Of a stretch of 64,000 nucleotides of DNA, positions 31,118 through 44,600 are shown one piece after another. Made by a program: the position numbers and the translations under genes. This stretch comes from Oikopleura dioica (taxonomy: Eukaryota; Animalia; Chordata). Positions within the stretch are counted from its first letter, which is position 1. Every line of letters begins with the position of its first letter. The stretch is from the NCBI GenBank assembly GCA_907165135.1, contig OU015569.1, forward strand, positions 5,642,001-5,706,000, given 5' to 3'. The notes under the pieces were generated by a model. The model searched no databases and had not been told where the DNA came from. It worked only from the letters and a program-made list of their open reading frames with translations.

Positions 31118-33511
31118 TTAAAGCGTTCCTTGGCTAAAAAGGGTTGAAAAAGATACTCGTGAGAAACGGACCTGATATTTTCTATAGACGAGTTAATTAA
31201 AAAAGGAATTATAGATCGAATTGGGATCGTTCCAAGCAAACACGAAAAGAATATTTTCTAAAAAATAAAAGGGATGATGAATGAACGATTCGAATTTTCT
31301 TACCTCAATGGACTTTTTATGAATTTGTTTGCACAAGTTTATTCGCATAAATATCTTCTGTTGGCGCTGGTTTGAAATCAACGAAGAGATTTTCGCTGTC
31401 GTATCATTTAAAAGTTTTTCAATCTTTTGATCAGCGCCTTCACGAGTTCCCGTGACTAGTGGGTTGAGAAAAAGAAGGCATCGACAAAGCGCATATTCGA
31501 CAGGGCCTAGTTCCAGATCTTGGATATACAGCACGGTTCTTTCGATCAAGTCAAGATCTTGAATAAGCTCGTCTTCAAATAGTCGGAATCTTGAGCAAGT
31601 TATGTTTAGTGAATTCTCTCAATTTTTTACCTAAGGGTATCGGAAATACTTTTCATCTCGTCCTTGGATATACACTGAGCTATTCCGATGAGAAAAAGCT
31701 CGCTCCATGTGTGCAGCATAAATGTCACTTGATGGTCGACCTATAAGTAGGAGTAATAGATAAAGGCCTCGCTGGGCAATTACCTCTATAGAATGATAGC
31801 TAGAAAAGTTTTTAATCCATTTGGCAGACAGGAATAGCATTCGCGAGGCTATTTCGTAGCTTCGCTGCTCATCTGCCTCTGGCCCGTCTGGCTTCTCAAA
31901 CTCAAATTTAAGGATGCAGTCGGGAAGAATCTCTGACTGCTCGACAGCGGAGCTTCTCTCGGGCTCAGTGTCTTTCGCGATCAGACGGCTGATATTCGAC
32001 AGGAGATTGGACGTAGCGTCGAGACTTGAAGGAGTAGAACTGGTGTCAGACGAAGAGTTGGTGGATGATTGTGCACGACCTTTGTTTTGCGACACGGCTT
32101 GTGTCTGATTTCGAATCTGCGTTAAATTTCGAAAGTTAGACAACGATGGCAAATTGAAGACGGCGTTCAAAACGCTCTGATTAGTACTCGTCACTGGGGC
32201 AGTGGACGTGCTGAAAAAAGTCAGGAAGGTAATCATATTTCAGTTGTACCTAAGGCTTGGTTGCGCAGGTCGGGTAAATTGCACAGGACTTTGGCTAGTG
32301 GAAGTTCTTGCAGCTGCATTGGAAGAATTGTTTGTTGCTAGGCTTGTTGTCAGAGAAGGAAGAGCGAGCATTGTCGCCTTCTCTGAATTGAGGTTTACGA
32401 TGGACTCAAGCGAGATTGCATTTCCCGTCCCAGACTGATTCAAAGCGCTGGATCCATTCTCCGAAAAGCTAAGTGGAAGGGAGCGGGTGATGTTTGGTTT
32501 CAACGGTCGTATTGGACCTCGCTCATTCTGGACAGAATCAGCTCGCATCCCAACAGAAACACACTTGAAAAATCTACATGCCTTTAATCGGTTCTTAGCT
32601 GAATATATTCTTTACAAACGATTCTTTTTAATCCTTCATTTACGAGAACGATTCCTGGCAGCGATTTCTCTGTAATTTGGTTACTGGACAGTCCGAGTTC
32701 CAGCGACAGGTGTAATTGAGTTTTTTACGAATAGATCTCTAAAAACATTTGGTATTCAATATTCGAAACTCACAGGTTCAAAAACCTTGAAGAATCCTTT
32801 GCATCCCTCACACGATTTTACTCCATAATGTCTTCCACTAGCACGATCCCCACAGACTTCGCATCGTTCATAAAAGTAATCGTTCTCTTTGAATTTTTGA
32901 TCCAGCTGGATTGCTAAAGGTCCGTTGTCCATTTTCTTGTATTTAAAGCCACTGCCTGTATTCGTAATTAGCGGCCTTGTAATTTGAGTTACAAGTAGTT
33001 TTCTTATTTTCTATTTGATATCACAATTCAACTCATTCCTGACGTGCTGTGCTGGGGCTTCCTGTGATTCTTGCTTCAGGTCGAGCTGCTGAGGTTGGAA
33101 AGATAACGAGTCATCTTGCTCGGTTTTGATGTTTTCTACCGGCTGTGTTTCCATTTCACGCTTTAGTTCGCCATTCGGATGTGCGTTTTCAGTCTCCATC
33201 ATAGCCTGTAATAATAGTAAGTTGCGTATATATTGCGGTATAATAGTAAGTCGTGACTTTCTTGTGATTGAAATTTTGATTGAAAAATAATAAATTCATA
33301 ATTTCATAAAAAATGGCTAGCTTACCAGAAGTGGCGCTATGGGACTGGTCTTGGATTGTGGCGGGGCTTCTCTTAGGGTCAAAGTTCTACTGTCGAAGGG
33401 TTGGAGGCATCGGAAGTCGCGAGTCGCGTGTTTCGGGTTGAAGTTAACTCGTTGAACTCTACTGGCGTTGTGTCCGGTGGCGTTGGTGAAATGGTGCACG
33501 GCGCCAATCAA
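31118..33511 (-). CDS. NR2C (TR2/TR4): Nuclear receptor NR2C (TR2/TR4-like)
   Basis: [57 protein letters not shown]|[21 protein letters not shown]; [27 protein letters not shown] and C-terminal [20 protein letters not shown] (TR4 has LFFTGLIGNVSIDSIIPYI). Ends approximate. Confidence 0.9.
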
Positions 33512-35193
33512 AATGCGCTTTGAATCATTCCAACCAGCGGGTCAGGTCACGACATGCGGAGGAGGTGCCAAACCAGCGCCTTGGGGTTATAGCCAACTTA
33601 CTCTCCGTCGGTGTCCGCCGCACAACACCGGATTATCTTAAAGCGCAAGTCAATCACCCGCTCTTCAACTTGAAACGTGACCTTCGGTCATTTCCAGCCT
33701 CGTCATATTTTCCCCAGGTCACTGAAAATATTTATACATTACTTTGGAGAAAACATCAATCGGACTTTTTTATTTTTTGAGAAGTGAAAGTGAAAATTGG
33801 ATCTTTCATTCCTCATGCATATTTGCGTTATTCTGTCTAGACTTCTTGGCGCTAATCGATGAGACAACTACTTATGATAATTTCATTTTCTCTCACTGCT
33901 TCTTACGCGTTCCGGGGAGAATTGAAACAACAACGGCTCTGCGAAAATATCTTGATACGAGCTCTTTGAGCTTCTCTGGGCGGCGAGGAGTGAAAGTTTG
34001 GGCCGGAAATAGTAAACTCTAATGCTGTCATTGGCTGATCATTGACCTCGGGGTCACGCGCCCCACCGCTCCATCATCATAAATTTTCAACCTTATAAAG
34101 TTTATGATATAAACAGTTGACCTTAGCCTTTCTGAATAACTAATTATTTCATTTAAACAGGTGGTCTTAAAATTTTCCCACGACGAATTTTTCATCATGA
34201 GAAAATTACTGATAAGATAATCGTGGGAAATCGTCGTTTCATGAACATTTTATTCCAATTCTATACAAAAAGGAGGCATAAAAGGCGGAGACGCACGCTT
34301 CAGAACCAAGATTCTGATACTAGCGGTAAATACGACGCGTCAAGAAATTAACACGACGATTATTGTTTTCTTTTCTTTCGTAATATTCATTGTGTTTCGC
34401 TGTGTTATTACGAAAAACAAGTTAGAATTTACCTGGGGGCAGCTAGGATGAAGCTGTTTTTGTCGGAGGCGCCTCTAAGATTCCCGAAGAAAGGTCAAAG
34501 TTGATTGACGTATCTTTGATTTTGTTGGAGTAGTAATATTTTGAGGATCAGCCCCCGTCGCCGGTCTCTCTGTGCGCACCGAGGCGCAACAGAATCTATT
34601 GCCTCAAATCAGAAACACAACGGTTCCCCTAGCGTCGGACGTACGCGTGCCTGACCTTTTTTTCCACCTTCGTTCTCCTTTGACGGAAACGATATCGCGA
34701 TCTTTATTTCTCAGGCGCCTGGTTTCGCTGACTCTCGCCGATTTCAAATTCTCCCTATCTGAGAAGCCCTTTCTAATGCATCTTGCATCACTTCACAAAT
34801 CAGTAGGATTAAGTCAGTGCTTATGAAACTCCTGTGTTTCCTTTTGAAACTACTCTCCGGAAAAATATATTTTTTAGTTTTAACCTTTTCGGGTCACGTC
34901 GGCCGCGCGGGGTAAAAGGCCAGCACTACCCCAGAGGTGAAATCTGTCACTGACCAAAATGTCACAACTTGGGGAAAGTAACTCCGACTCACCTCGAAAG
35001 ATCGACTTGAAATTATGAAATTCAAAGAAACTATGCCGAGTCTCCGGGTGTATCTTATGGAATTGAGGGGCCGTCATTGAGAGTCAATAATTTTTCTGCA
35101 GAGACCCTGGATATAAAATATGCCATTTCGATTTGCTCCTCTCAAGATGAAATGGAAAATAAGATTTCATAAAAACGTTCTACGCCCCGAAGT

Positions 35194-36990
35194 TTATTCA
35201 ATAATTTGTGCAAACTGTATCCGTCGAAGGCTGCTTTGAAATGCCTTTCTTCCTGCTCTTGTTATTTTCATCAAAAGTCGCCTTGAACAATTATTCAGCA
35301 CTTTGATTGAATGGCTGTTACCTTTCTTTGGTTCGTTGTCTAAATTTTCAATAGTTTTACATTCAGAAAAATATAAGAGCACCTTGACAAGTCTCTTGCT
35401 GATGTAAACGTGGAAAATCGGGCTACAAAGCTCCACAATTCTTCGCAGGAAAAAAGCGGTAATCGCGAATCCGTAATCGAGTTTTGCCTAAAGAGGATTT
35501 TTTCTACAATTGTCTGAATATTTGGTCTGGCCTAGAAATATAATAAGATGATTGATTATAAAGGGAAACAATAGACGATGATAATGTTACCGTGTGCGTG
35601 ACGAAATCCTCCTCATCAGTTCCCGGAATACCATCAATGCTATCTGTTTCCAAGCCTACCAGTTCCTCGTGATACTTCACATAAGGTCAAAAATATGATT
35701 TTCAAAATAAAAATGCTTATTAGGATGTTTAAACCGAAAATGCCTTGTAACTGAATTTTGTTCCACATTTCTCAACTAAAGTCAGCATAAACGATTGATT
35801 CTGTGAAACTTTCCCTTGAAATCGCATAGTACAGAGCCAGCGGAAAGTAACCGATTACATAAGAAGACATTACTCCAAACAAGCGTATGATCGAGGTACG
35901 TTCAGAATGCTGCCATGTAGAGATCGCTCTGAAACGGAAATTCCGCTTCTAACAAAAAGGTTTCAGTCTCGTCTGTTAGTAGCAACGACTCGCCTTCAGA
36001 GAAATCATCGTTGCAATGGCGAAAATAAGGAAGATAATAAGAGGCAGAATGAAGAATATAGCGGTCGTTATCATCCAAATATTGGCGGATTGCTTCGGAT
36101 CGTCGTCTGACAAGCTGCAAGACGGCCAAGGCGTGGAACGAAACTTGTCCAGCTCAAAAATCTCGGCCAGAAAATCGGCCGTGATAAGATAAGTAAAAGG
36201 AATAGTCCAAATCAAAATTATCTATCTACCAAGGTCTCAATTATAAACAAAACTTATGAAGAATTATCACCAATTGAGAAACTTTTGCCGGAAGAATTAT
36301 CCCAGTCCAGCTGTCAGTTTTCGCGGAAAGAGGGAAAATGATAATTTTCCATCTATATTTTTGTTTCTCATCGATGTATTATTAAGTCAGTCTATCTTTA
36401 GTTGGAAACTCGCCTTACAACTGTGTAAAACGCTACCAGAAGTGATGAAATAGCTAGCGTTGCTTCGTCTAGATACCAACCCAAACGGCACATGCCAAGA
36501 CCCATCCTGTAGTCACAAAATCCCCATGTTCGCCGATAAAGCCACAGAATGCCCGCGAGGGAGGAAAGCACTCGTGCCATTGGAAGATTGAGGAGGACTT
36601 TGAATGGAATTCCGAGGACTCATCATCGATTTTAGAGGACACTGGCTAAACCAGGGAGCAGAATGATATTATATTCCGAATCTCCCTCAGCCCGATTATA
36701 TTCTATTTTTTTCTATCATTACGCAACGCTAGACTAACGTCAATCTATTCCTTGATTTCAATCCTTACCAAAAGATGATCGCGAAAGATGCTTATAATTC
36801 CGTACAAGAAGACGGCAGAAGAACCAGCTATTGAGAATTATAGAAGGCAGAATTAATCTGTATCGGGCGAATGAAATTTGATGTTAATCATTTTGATCTC
36901 TCTTTCTTTCGCCGTGCATGAGGCTGGCGGCTGTAAGCCCGATCACAGCGCTGTCTGATGGACATTCTCTTGCGAATTCAGTCAACAGCT
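35194..36990 (-). CDS. Divergent rhodopsin-class (class A) orphan GPCR
   Basis: Hand-spliced TM set: TM1 LILPSIILNSWFF, TM2 VLLNLPMARVLSSL, ECL1-TM3 TWGF...GMCRLGWYLDEA...VVR|WKIIIFPL, TM4 IILIWTIPF, TM5 IFFILPLIIF, TM6 SYVIGYFPLALYY, TM7 FAITAFFLRRIVELCSPIFHVY. The N-terminus (possibly to about 37510) and tail (possibly to about 34600) are uncertain. Confidence 0.72.
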
Positions 36991-38600
36991 ATTCTTATAT
37001 CAGATAAATAAGCGAAATGAAGCCTAGCCTGGATGTTCCTATGCAATGATTGTCCGAATTCGGGGTTCAATCTTAAAGTTCTTACTTTTCGATTCGGTAC
37101 TATTAAAAATAAATTAAACCCCCTTCTTCACATCCAAACATCTCTTTTTGAGAAGGAGAATCTCGCCTGCCTGAGAATTGAGCAGACCGTTTTTTTTATT
37201 TTTTTGATAAATATTTATTTTCGAGAAAAGTAGATTTGGGGTCGTTAAATGGTGACACGTTATTCAGTTTTTCCATTTCAAATTAAAGCAGTCATGTATG
37301 CATGGGGACCAGCACGGAAGTCGTTATCCTCGTCGAACATTGAGTTGAAAAAGTCGCGTCCGCGTTTGTACGACATAAACTTTTATAAATTAATAGTTGA
37401 GTTAATAAGTGGTTTCTTTCATTACCATTGGAGTATCGTAGCTGCCTTGCGCTAGAATATGACCGGCGCTCATTGAATTTGCAGTTGTTAAGACACTCGC
37501 CAGCATACACAGTAAATCTGAATACAATTTAATGTCTGATTTTATTTGATAAATCGGCGTACTCATATTTTCTCTTGTTTCCTCTTTCTTGAGAGTAATT
37601 GTCTCAGAGCGTCAGGGATAGAGAAAATCTCGTCCTTTTTTGTGTCTTATACTCGGCGCCTCTAGTGGCGGCAATAAGGAGCAGAACTCAAGGATGAGCA
37701 AAAATTATGACATGCGTAACTTATTTTCACAGTCAAGAATGGAAGCATTTTTCAAGATCAATGTTACTTGGTCTGATTGTAGAATTTTTTAAGTACCGCG
37801 ACGCTCAATATTTAAGTAGTAGAGCATTAATTTCTCATTTTCGACGATTTGTCTTTTATAATTTAATCTCCTTGCACTTCTGATGTGGGTTTTCAGTGCA
37901 GTTTTAGGATATATTCGTTAGAAAAAAAGACCGGTTGTGATATTAAACCTGGGTCTAACATCAATGTGCTAAATTATAGACAGAATTATTATTCTAATCT
38001 ATTGTCAATTGACTATTGATTGGGGCGCACAAATTAGACTTCATAAATTATGGTAGTAGAAAAATTGAGGAAATTGGAACTGACATACTTCGCATGAAAA
38101 ACAATATTAATTCCATACGTTCCAAATTAACATAGCATTCTTATTAAGGGGTTAATCCCTTATCCTATCACTGCTATCTATAAAAAAGACTATATTAAAT
38201 GAGAAAATGAAGGGTTAAATATTATAAGAATGGAAAATGTAATACTCTGCTCGACTAACCAGATTAAGCGATTGATTGGATTCGAGCTGAAGGTGCACCA
38301 CGATATTTAATCGGGATGATGATTTTTGATTAATAAAAAAGAATCCGGTGTTTTCTCAACATGTGATGCATCTGCTCAGATGTACAGGAGATGAGCTTGA
38401 TTTAATGCGCTCATTCTGTCCCGTTATCTGCATTATGGCGGCTTATAAAACATTGAGCGAATTTCAAGCGGCAACTGAAGATCACGTTCATCGTCTATTC
38501 TCCAAATTGTAATGGGAGACCAATTTTTATTGAAAAGTACTTCTATCTACAGAAAATTGAGCGAGAATATACATTTCAGTTATTCTTAAAGCTCAGATGT

Positions 38601-41600
38601 TTATTTTGAGTTGCATCCACTGTCCTCGCAGCATTGATAGCACCAGGACCAGTTTCGAGATCGATGGTTAGAGCAGGTTTTCTTTGATTCCCTTTCCTGC
38701 ATAAGACAAGCGTCTTTCTTCTTGCAGCCAGCTGTGAGTAAGATTATATTTTCGCCATTCACCAGCTAATTAGAGTTCATTTACAGTGTAAAAATACTTC
38801 GTTAGGAAAATTATCGATTTTAAAAAAGCTCAATTATGCAAGTCTATTTATATAATGAACTCGCGCCTGAGATCGGTATTCAGTGAAGCAAATGGAATCT
38901 GGTGAACAATGGACTTTTCAGTGCACTCAGAAATGTCGCGCGCATTATCGCATGTGACACACCAGGCGGCGAGCGTTACTTCGATGCTGCCAATTCTACT
39001 CGCTTCCACACGTTTATTTTGAGAACGGGCCTGAGACAATACTTTCCCGTGGTTAAATTGCGGTTCAAGGATTACTCTCTCAGACACAGCATTCAACGAT
39101 TCGTTCTGCTCTGTCAAATTCGATGGGGACTCACCGATGTTAGGGAGCAGTCTGTCCGCAACATTTAGTGGAGACGTGGTAGGCACAGCTGAGATAATTG
39201 ATTCATGAGTAGTAGAAAACTTACTAGACTGAATTGGTAAAGTTAGCGTCGGTTTTATTTTTTCCGTCATATTTTTTCTTGCTATTCTGCTTGTGTTTGG
39301 AACCGTCGTACTCATAATTCTCTTTCTTTTTGAAGTAGTGAAAGTTGCTGTCGTTGTGGCTGACTTTGTTGTTGTCGTATTCATAGTTGTAGTCATAGTC
39401 GTGAATTTTGTCGTCGGTATTGTTGTAGTTGTCGTAGAAGCGGTCGTTGTAGTAGTCGTCGTAGACGTAGTTGACGTAGTCGTCGTAGTGGTGGTGGTCG
39501 TAGTCGTCGTAGTTGTTGTTGTTGTCGTAGTACTGGTTTTGGTTGTTGTTGTACTTGTTGTACTTGTTGTTGTACTTGTTGTTGTACTTGTTGTTGTTGT
39601 CGTAGTACTGGTTGTGGTTGTTGTTGTACTTGTTGTACTTGTTGTTGTACTTGTTGTTGTTGTCGTAGTACTGGTTGTGGTTGTTGTTGTACTTGTTGTA
39701 CTTGTTGTTGTACTTGTTGTTGTACTTGTTGTTGTTGTCGTAGTACTGGTTGTGGTTGTTGTTGTACTTGTTGTACTTTTTGTTGTATTTGTTGTTGTTG
39801 TCGTAGTACTGGTTGTGGTTGTTGTTGTACTTGTTGTACTTGTTGTTGTACTTGTTGTTGTACTTGTTGTTGTTATCGTAGTACTGGTTGTGGTTGTTGT
39901 GGTTGTTGTTGTACTTGTTGTTGTACTTGTCGTAGTTGTCGTAGTACTGGTTGTGGTTGTTGTTGTGGTTGTTGTTGTACTTGTTGTTGTACTTGTTGTT
40001 GTACTTGTTGTACTTGTTGTTGTACTTGTTGTTGTACTTGTTGTTGTTGTCGTAGTACTGGTTGTGGTTGTTGTTGTACTTGATCTTGTACTTGTTGTTG
40101 TAATTGTTGTTGTACTTGTTGTTGTACTTGTTGTTGTTGTTGTAGTACTGGTTGTGGTTGTTGTTGTACTTGTTGTACTTGTTGTTGTACTTGTCGTAGT
40201 TGTCGTAGTACTGGTTGTGGTTGTTGTTGTACTTGTTGTTGTGGTTGTTGTTGTACTTGTTGTTGTACTTGTCGTAGTTGTCGTAGTACTGGTTGTGGTT
40301 GTTGTCGTAGTACTGGTTGTGGTTGTTGTTGTACTTGTTGTACTTGTTGTTGTACTTGTTGTTGTACTTGTTGTTGTACTTGTTGTTGTTGTCGTAGTAC
40401 TGGTTGTGGTTGTTGTTGTACTTGTTGTACTTGTTGTTGTACTTGTTGTTGTTGTCGTAGTACTGGTTGTGGTTGTTGTTGTACTTGTTGTACTTGTTGT
40501 TGTACTTGTTGTTGTACTTGTTGTTGTTGTCGTAGTACTGGTTGTGGTTGTTGTTGTACTTGTTGTACTTTTTGTTGTATTTGTTGTTGTTGTCGTAGTA
40601 CTGGTTGTGGTTGTTGTTGTACTTGTTGTACTTGTTGTTGTACTTGTTGTTGTACTTGTTGTTGTTATCGTAGTACTGGTTGTGGTTGTTGTGGTTGTTG
40701 TTGTACTTGTTGTTGTACTTGTCGTAGTTGTCGTAGTACTGGTTGTGGTTGTTGTTGTGGTTGTTGTTGTACTTGTTGTTGTACTTGTTGTTGTACTTGT
40801 TGTACTTGTTGTTGTACTTGTTGTTGTACTTGTTGTTGTTGTCGTAGTACTGGTTGTGGTTGTTGTTGTACTTGATCTTGTACTTGTTGTTGTAATTGTT
40901 GTTGTACTTGTTGTTGTACTTGTTGTTGTTGTCGTAGTACTGGTTGTGGTTGTTGTTGTACTTGTTGTACTTGTTGTTGTACTTGTCGTAGTTGTCGTAG
41001 TACTGGTTGTGGTTGTTGTTGTACTTGTTGTTGTGGTTGTTGTTGTACTTGTTGTTGTACTTGTCGTAGTTGTCGTAGTACTGGTTGTGGTTGTTGTCGT
41101 AGTACTGGTTGTGGTTGTTGTTGTACTTGTTGTACTTGTTGTTGTACTTGTTGTTGTACTTGTTGTTGTACTTGTTGTTGTTGTCGTAGTACTGGTTGTG
41201 GTTGTTGTTGTACTTGTTGTTGTACTTGTTGTTGTACTTGTTGTTGTACTTGTTGTTGTACTTGTTGTTGAACTTGTTGTTTTACTTGTTGTTGTACTTG
41301 TTGTTGTACTTGTTGTTGTACTTGTTGTTGTTGTCGTAGTACTGGTTGTGGTTGTTGTTGTACTTGTTGTACTTGTTGTTGTACTTGTTGTTGTACTTGT
41401 TGTTGTACTTGTTGTTGTTGTCGTAGTACTGGTTGTGGTTGTTGTTGTACTTGTTGTTGTACTTGTTGTACTTGTTGTTGTACTTGTCGTAGTTGTAGTA
41501 GCTGTCGAGGTGGTTATTGCCGTAGTTGTATATGTTGTCGTGTCCGGGAACAGAGTCGTTGCTTCAAATGGCACTGTTGTTTCATAAATTGTCGTCATAT

Positions 41601-44600
41601 CCACTGTGATAGGTGTTGGCGTTTCTGTTGGTATTTGATCTTTGTCCTTCTTAGATTTTTTGCTCTTTTTACTCTTATTTTTACTAGTTGATAAACCACC
41701 ATCATCTTTCATCATCTGTCCAATCGAAGATTCTTCAAATCGCACGCCTACCGGAGGCGATTGCTCTTCATATTTGCAACTTTCTGATTTAGAATCAGCT
41801 TTGCAAAAGCATCTCTTTCTAGGTTCTCTTTCTTACTCTGTTGTCATTATTCTTCAAGATTTTTGACAACTGAATATTTATCTCTAGTTCTTATGTAAAA
41901 TCGAGCCCGTTCCTGGTGGTCACTGTCGAAACAGCAGCCACTAAGTGAGCAATCAAATGATTCGAACTCTTGTAACATGCCAGTTGTTTCCGAAAAGTTT
42001 CCGCAAGCTCTGTTTGTCTCACAAAAATCTAGCCAAGGTTTCGCTTGCCATGACCGTTCGGCTCCTCCCGTTAATGCAGCTAGTTCTTTGAACGAGCTTC
42101 CAGTTCCAGTGTCGTCGAATTCATTGTCAAAGTATAAGCTGTTTGATTCCTCCTCTTCTTCTTCCATATCATAAAAGATATTAAGCCAATCGAAATTGAG
42201 TGCTCGACGGTTTCTGCATTTCTCTGTTTGTTTAGTATTCGAATGGATTAACTTGCAGTCTTTTGATAGCATCAGCTCTACTAGTTCATCGTAGAGTGCA
42301 TCCGCAGCACTTGTTGGTCGTGAATAGCCTTTCAAGAGTTAGTTTCTTTCGTTGAAGGTTATCGCTGTATTATTGCCATTAACCGCGATTAATTCAACCC
42401 TTTCCTAAGAATGTGTAAACTTTGCATCCTCCATGGTTGACTGGAACCTTTTTCAGCATCGAAATCAGCTTCTGAAGAATAACAACGACGTCTATCTCGC
42501 ATACTTCATCAAAATTCTCTAGTTCCGATTTAGCATCTTCAAATTTGTAGGTATTAAATGGCTTTCTGACAATATTGTCCAAACAAAAATGAGCATTTTT
42601 GGTTCCTTCGTCTCGTATTCTCAATGGAACCGAGCTGAGAACGATGATCATTTTTCTTGTTGTGCACTCAATCAATGACATCGGTGAGAACTTCATAAAA
42701 CTGTAAATGCTCCAGTCTACTTGGGACGAACTTGGACAAGTTGTTTTTGTCTTCGAGAAACCAATCACTTTTGTTCCACCTTTCACTCGCTGCCGTAGCT
42801 CCCAAAATTGACCTGGGTTCCAGCTAAAAAACATTTATCACTGAAATATTCTCAAACTAAAACCTTATCATCATTCCTTCTTGTGACTCGTACACATTGT
42901 ATTCAGATCTGGCTGTGCTCTTCGAAAATTCAAAGTCCTTAATTTTGAAATTGTCACAGCATTGTGCTTGACAACTCTCTTCATCAGAACCATCATCGCA
43001 GTCCATTCGCCCGTCACAAACTTTTTCCATTAAAATACACTGCGAGCTCTGCCGGCATTTCCAAGAACTCGTTCCTTGATTTTGGCAGGTTTCGCAGTGA
43101 TATTCGTCTGACCCATCAGGGCAATCATTACGCAGGTTCTTTCTATTTTTACAGCGTTGAGTTAATTTGAAAAAACTAAACTAAAACAATTTTTACTACA
43201 TTTGGCTACATATAAAATATAGACAATAGTAACGTAACTATAAGCAGAACCCTGACTGAAGCCGTCACATAGCCTACTTTCCCAGAAAATATCGATTCCA
43301 TTATCACATATTTTTCTTGTTGAATCTCCTCCGCAGTAATCACCACAGCCGTACATTTCACAGATCCTCAAAATATCCATGACAGACGGACGAACGCGCT
43401 GTTCTACGATAGGTTCCAAAGTATTTTTCTTGACGATCGTTGGGTTGCTTTTGATTGGCGCTAAAAATATATTGGTTCACTTAGGTACGGATGATCTAGG
43501 GTAAGGGTAAGAGTTATGGACCATAACCATAACTTATAGTTGATACATAGAATTAATAATATGCTATCTGTATAGAATACCTTTTGAAAATGAGTATCCG
43601 CCGTAGTGCATGACAGAGTTAAAGTCATATTCACCATAAAAAGTCATCAGACCGTCGGGCGCTTTATTGAAATTTCCAGCACAGGAGCCTTTGCCAGATG
43701 TTAAACAAGTCGAACTGACATTTTCGAGGAAGATATCGACATAATCATCTCGGTCGGATCTTTGGTGCTCGTGTATAAATCCCAGCGCATGAATTAGCTC
43801 ATGTGCGGCCTTGCCTAAGTTTTTGCATCCAGGGCCAAGAGAAATGGGCTGTTCTCCGCCAGTTTTCCCAACGTAGCTGTAGCAACCGCCTCTATCAGTA
43901 GGGTTATAAGATGAAAATTTGGCCCATTTTTCTAGCTTAGTTTAGGGGTCTAATGATACAGTTTTAGAAAGCCCGGAAGCTGAGCTTTTATTTGGGCACA
44001 ATATCAAGTGATCTAGTTCACGCAAGGCAATTTATAGGACCTGAAAGTCCGAATTAGGCACTAGAACTCTTTAATTGATTTTTTGGGTGCTGGGGTTCAC
44101 TCTAAATGGCTCAAAAGTCACCGTAAAACGTTATTCTTCCAAAAGTCGAGTTTCTAGCGCCTACTTACGAACCATTTCGAGTGAACCTCGGCGCCCAAAA
44201 ATCAACGGAACAGTTCAATCGCCTATTTCGGAACTTCAGGTCCCATAAATTGCCTTGCGGGGATGACGCACACCACTTGATATTGTGCCCAAATGAGAGC
44301 TCAGCTTCTAGGCTTTCTAAAACTCTATCATAAGACCCCTAGACTATGCTAGAAAAATGGGCCAAATGTTCATCTTATAACCCTATCTATCAGCAATAGA
44401 TAAATAATCGCTTGGCCGTCTTTTTGGGCTTGTAAGTTCTTGAAAGTCGATGCAAGTTTCGGACGATATGAGGTCCATTGCTGCTCGTACAGCGCCTCGA
44501 TAAATAATAGGTTCGAAATTGTTTTTGGTTAGGTTTAGCCTTGAAACTTTAAAAACTAAGGATAAGAGCCTCTGTATAACTTGGGCAGGTAAAAAATTTC

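Noticed and set aside
39293-41587. 764-aa Val/Leu-rich ORF on the + strand
   Set aside because: Antisense shadow of the Thr/Ser codon repeat (ACN/AGT read as GTN/CTT); no independent gene signals.
43899-44385. Alternative reading of this MITE as Tc1/mariner (GGG...CCC with TA TSD)
   Set aside because: An exact 8-bp duplication (tctatcag) outside the TA and TAGGG termini fit hAT, and only that reading restores the astacin frame.
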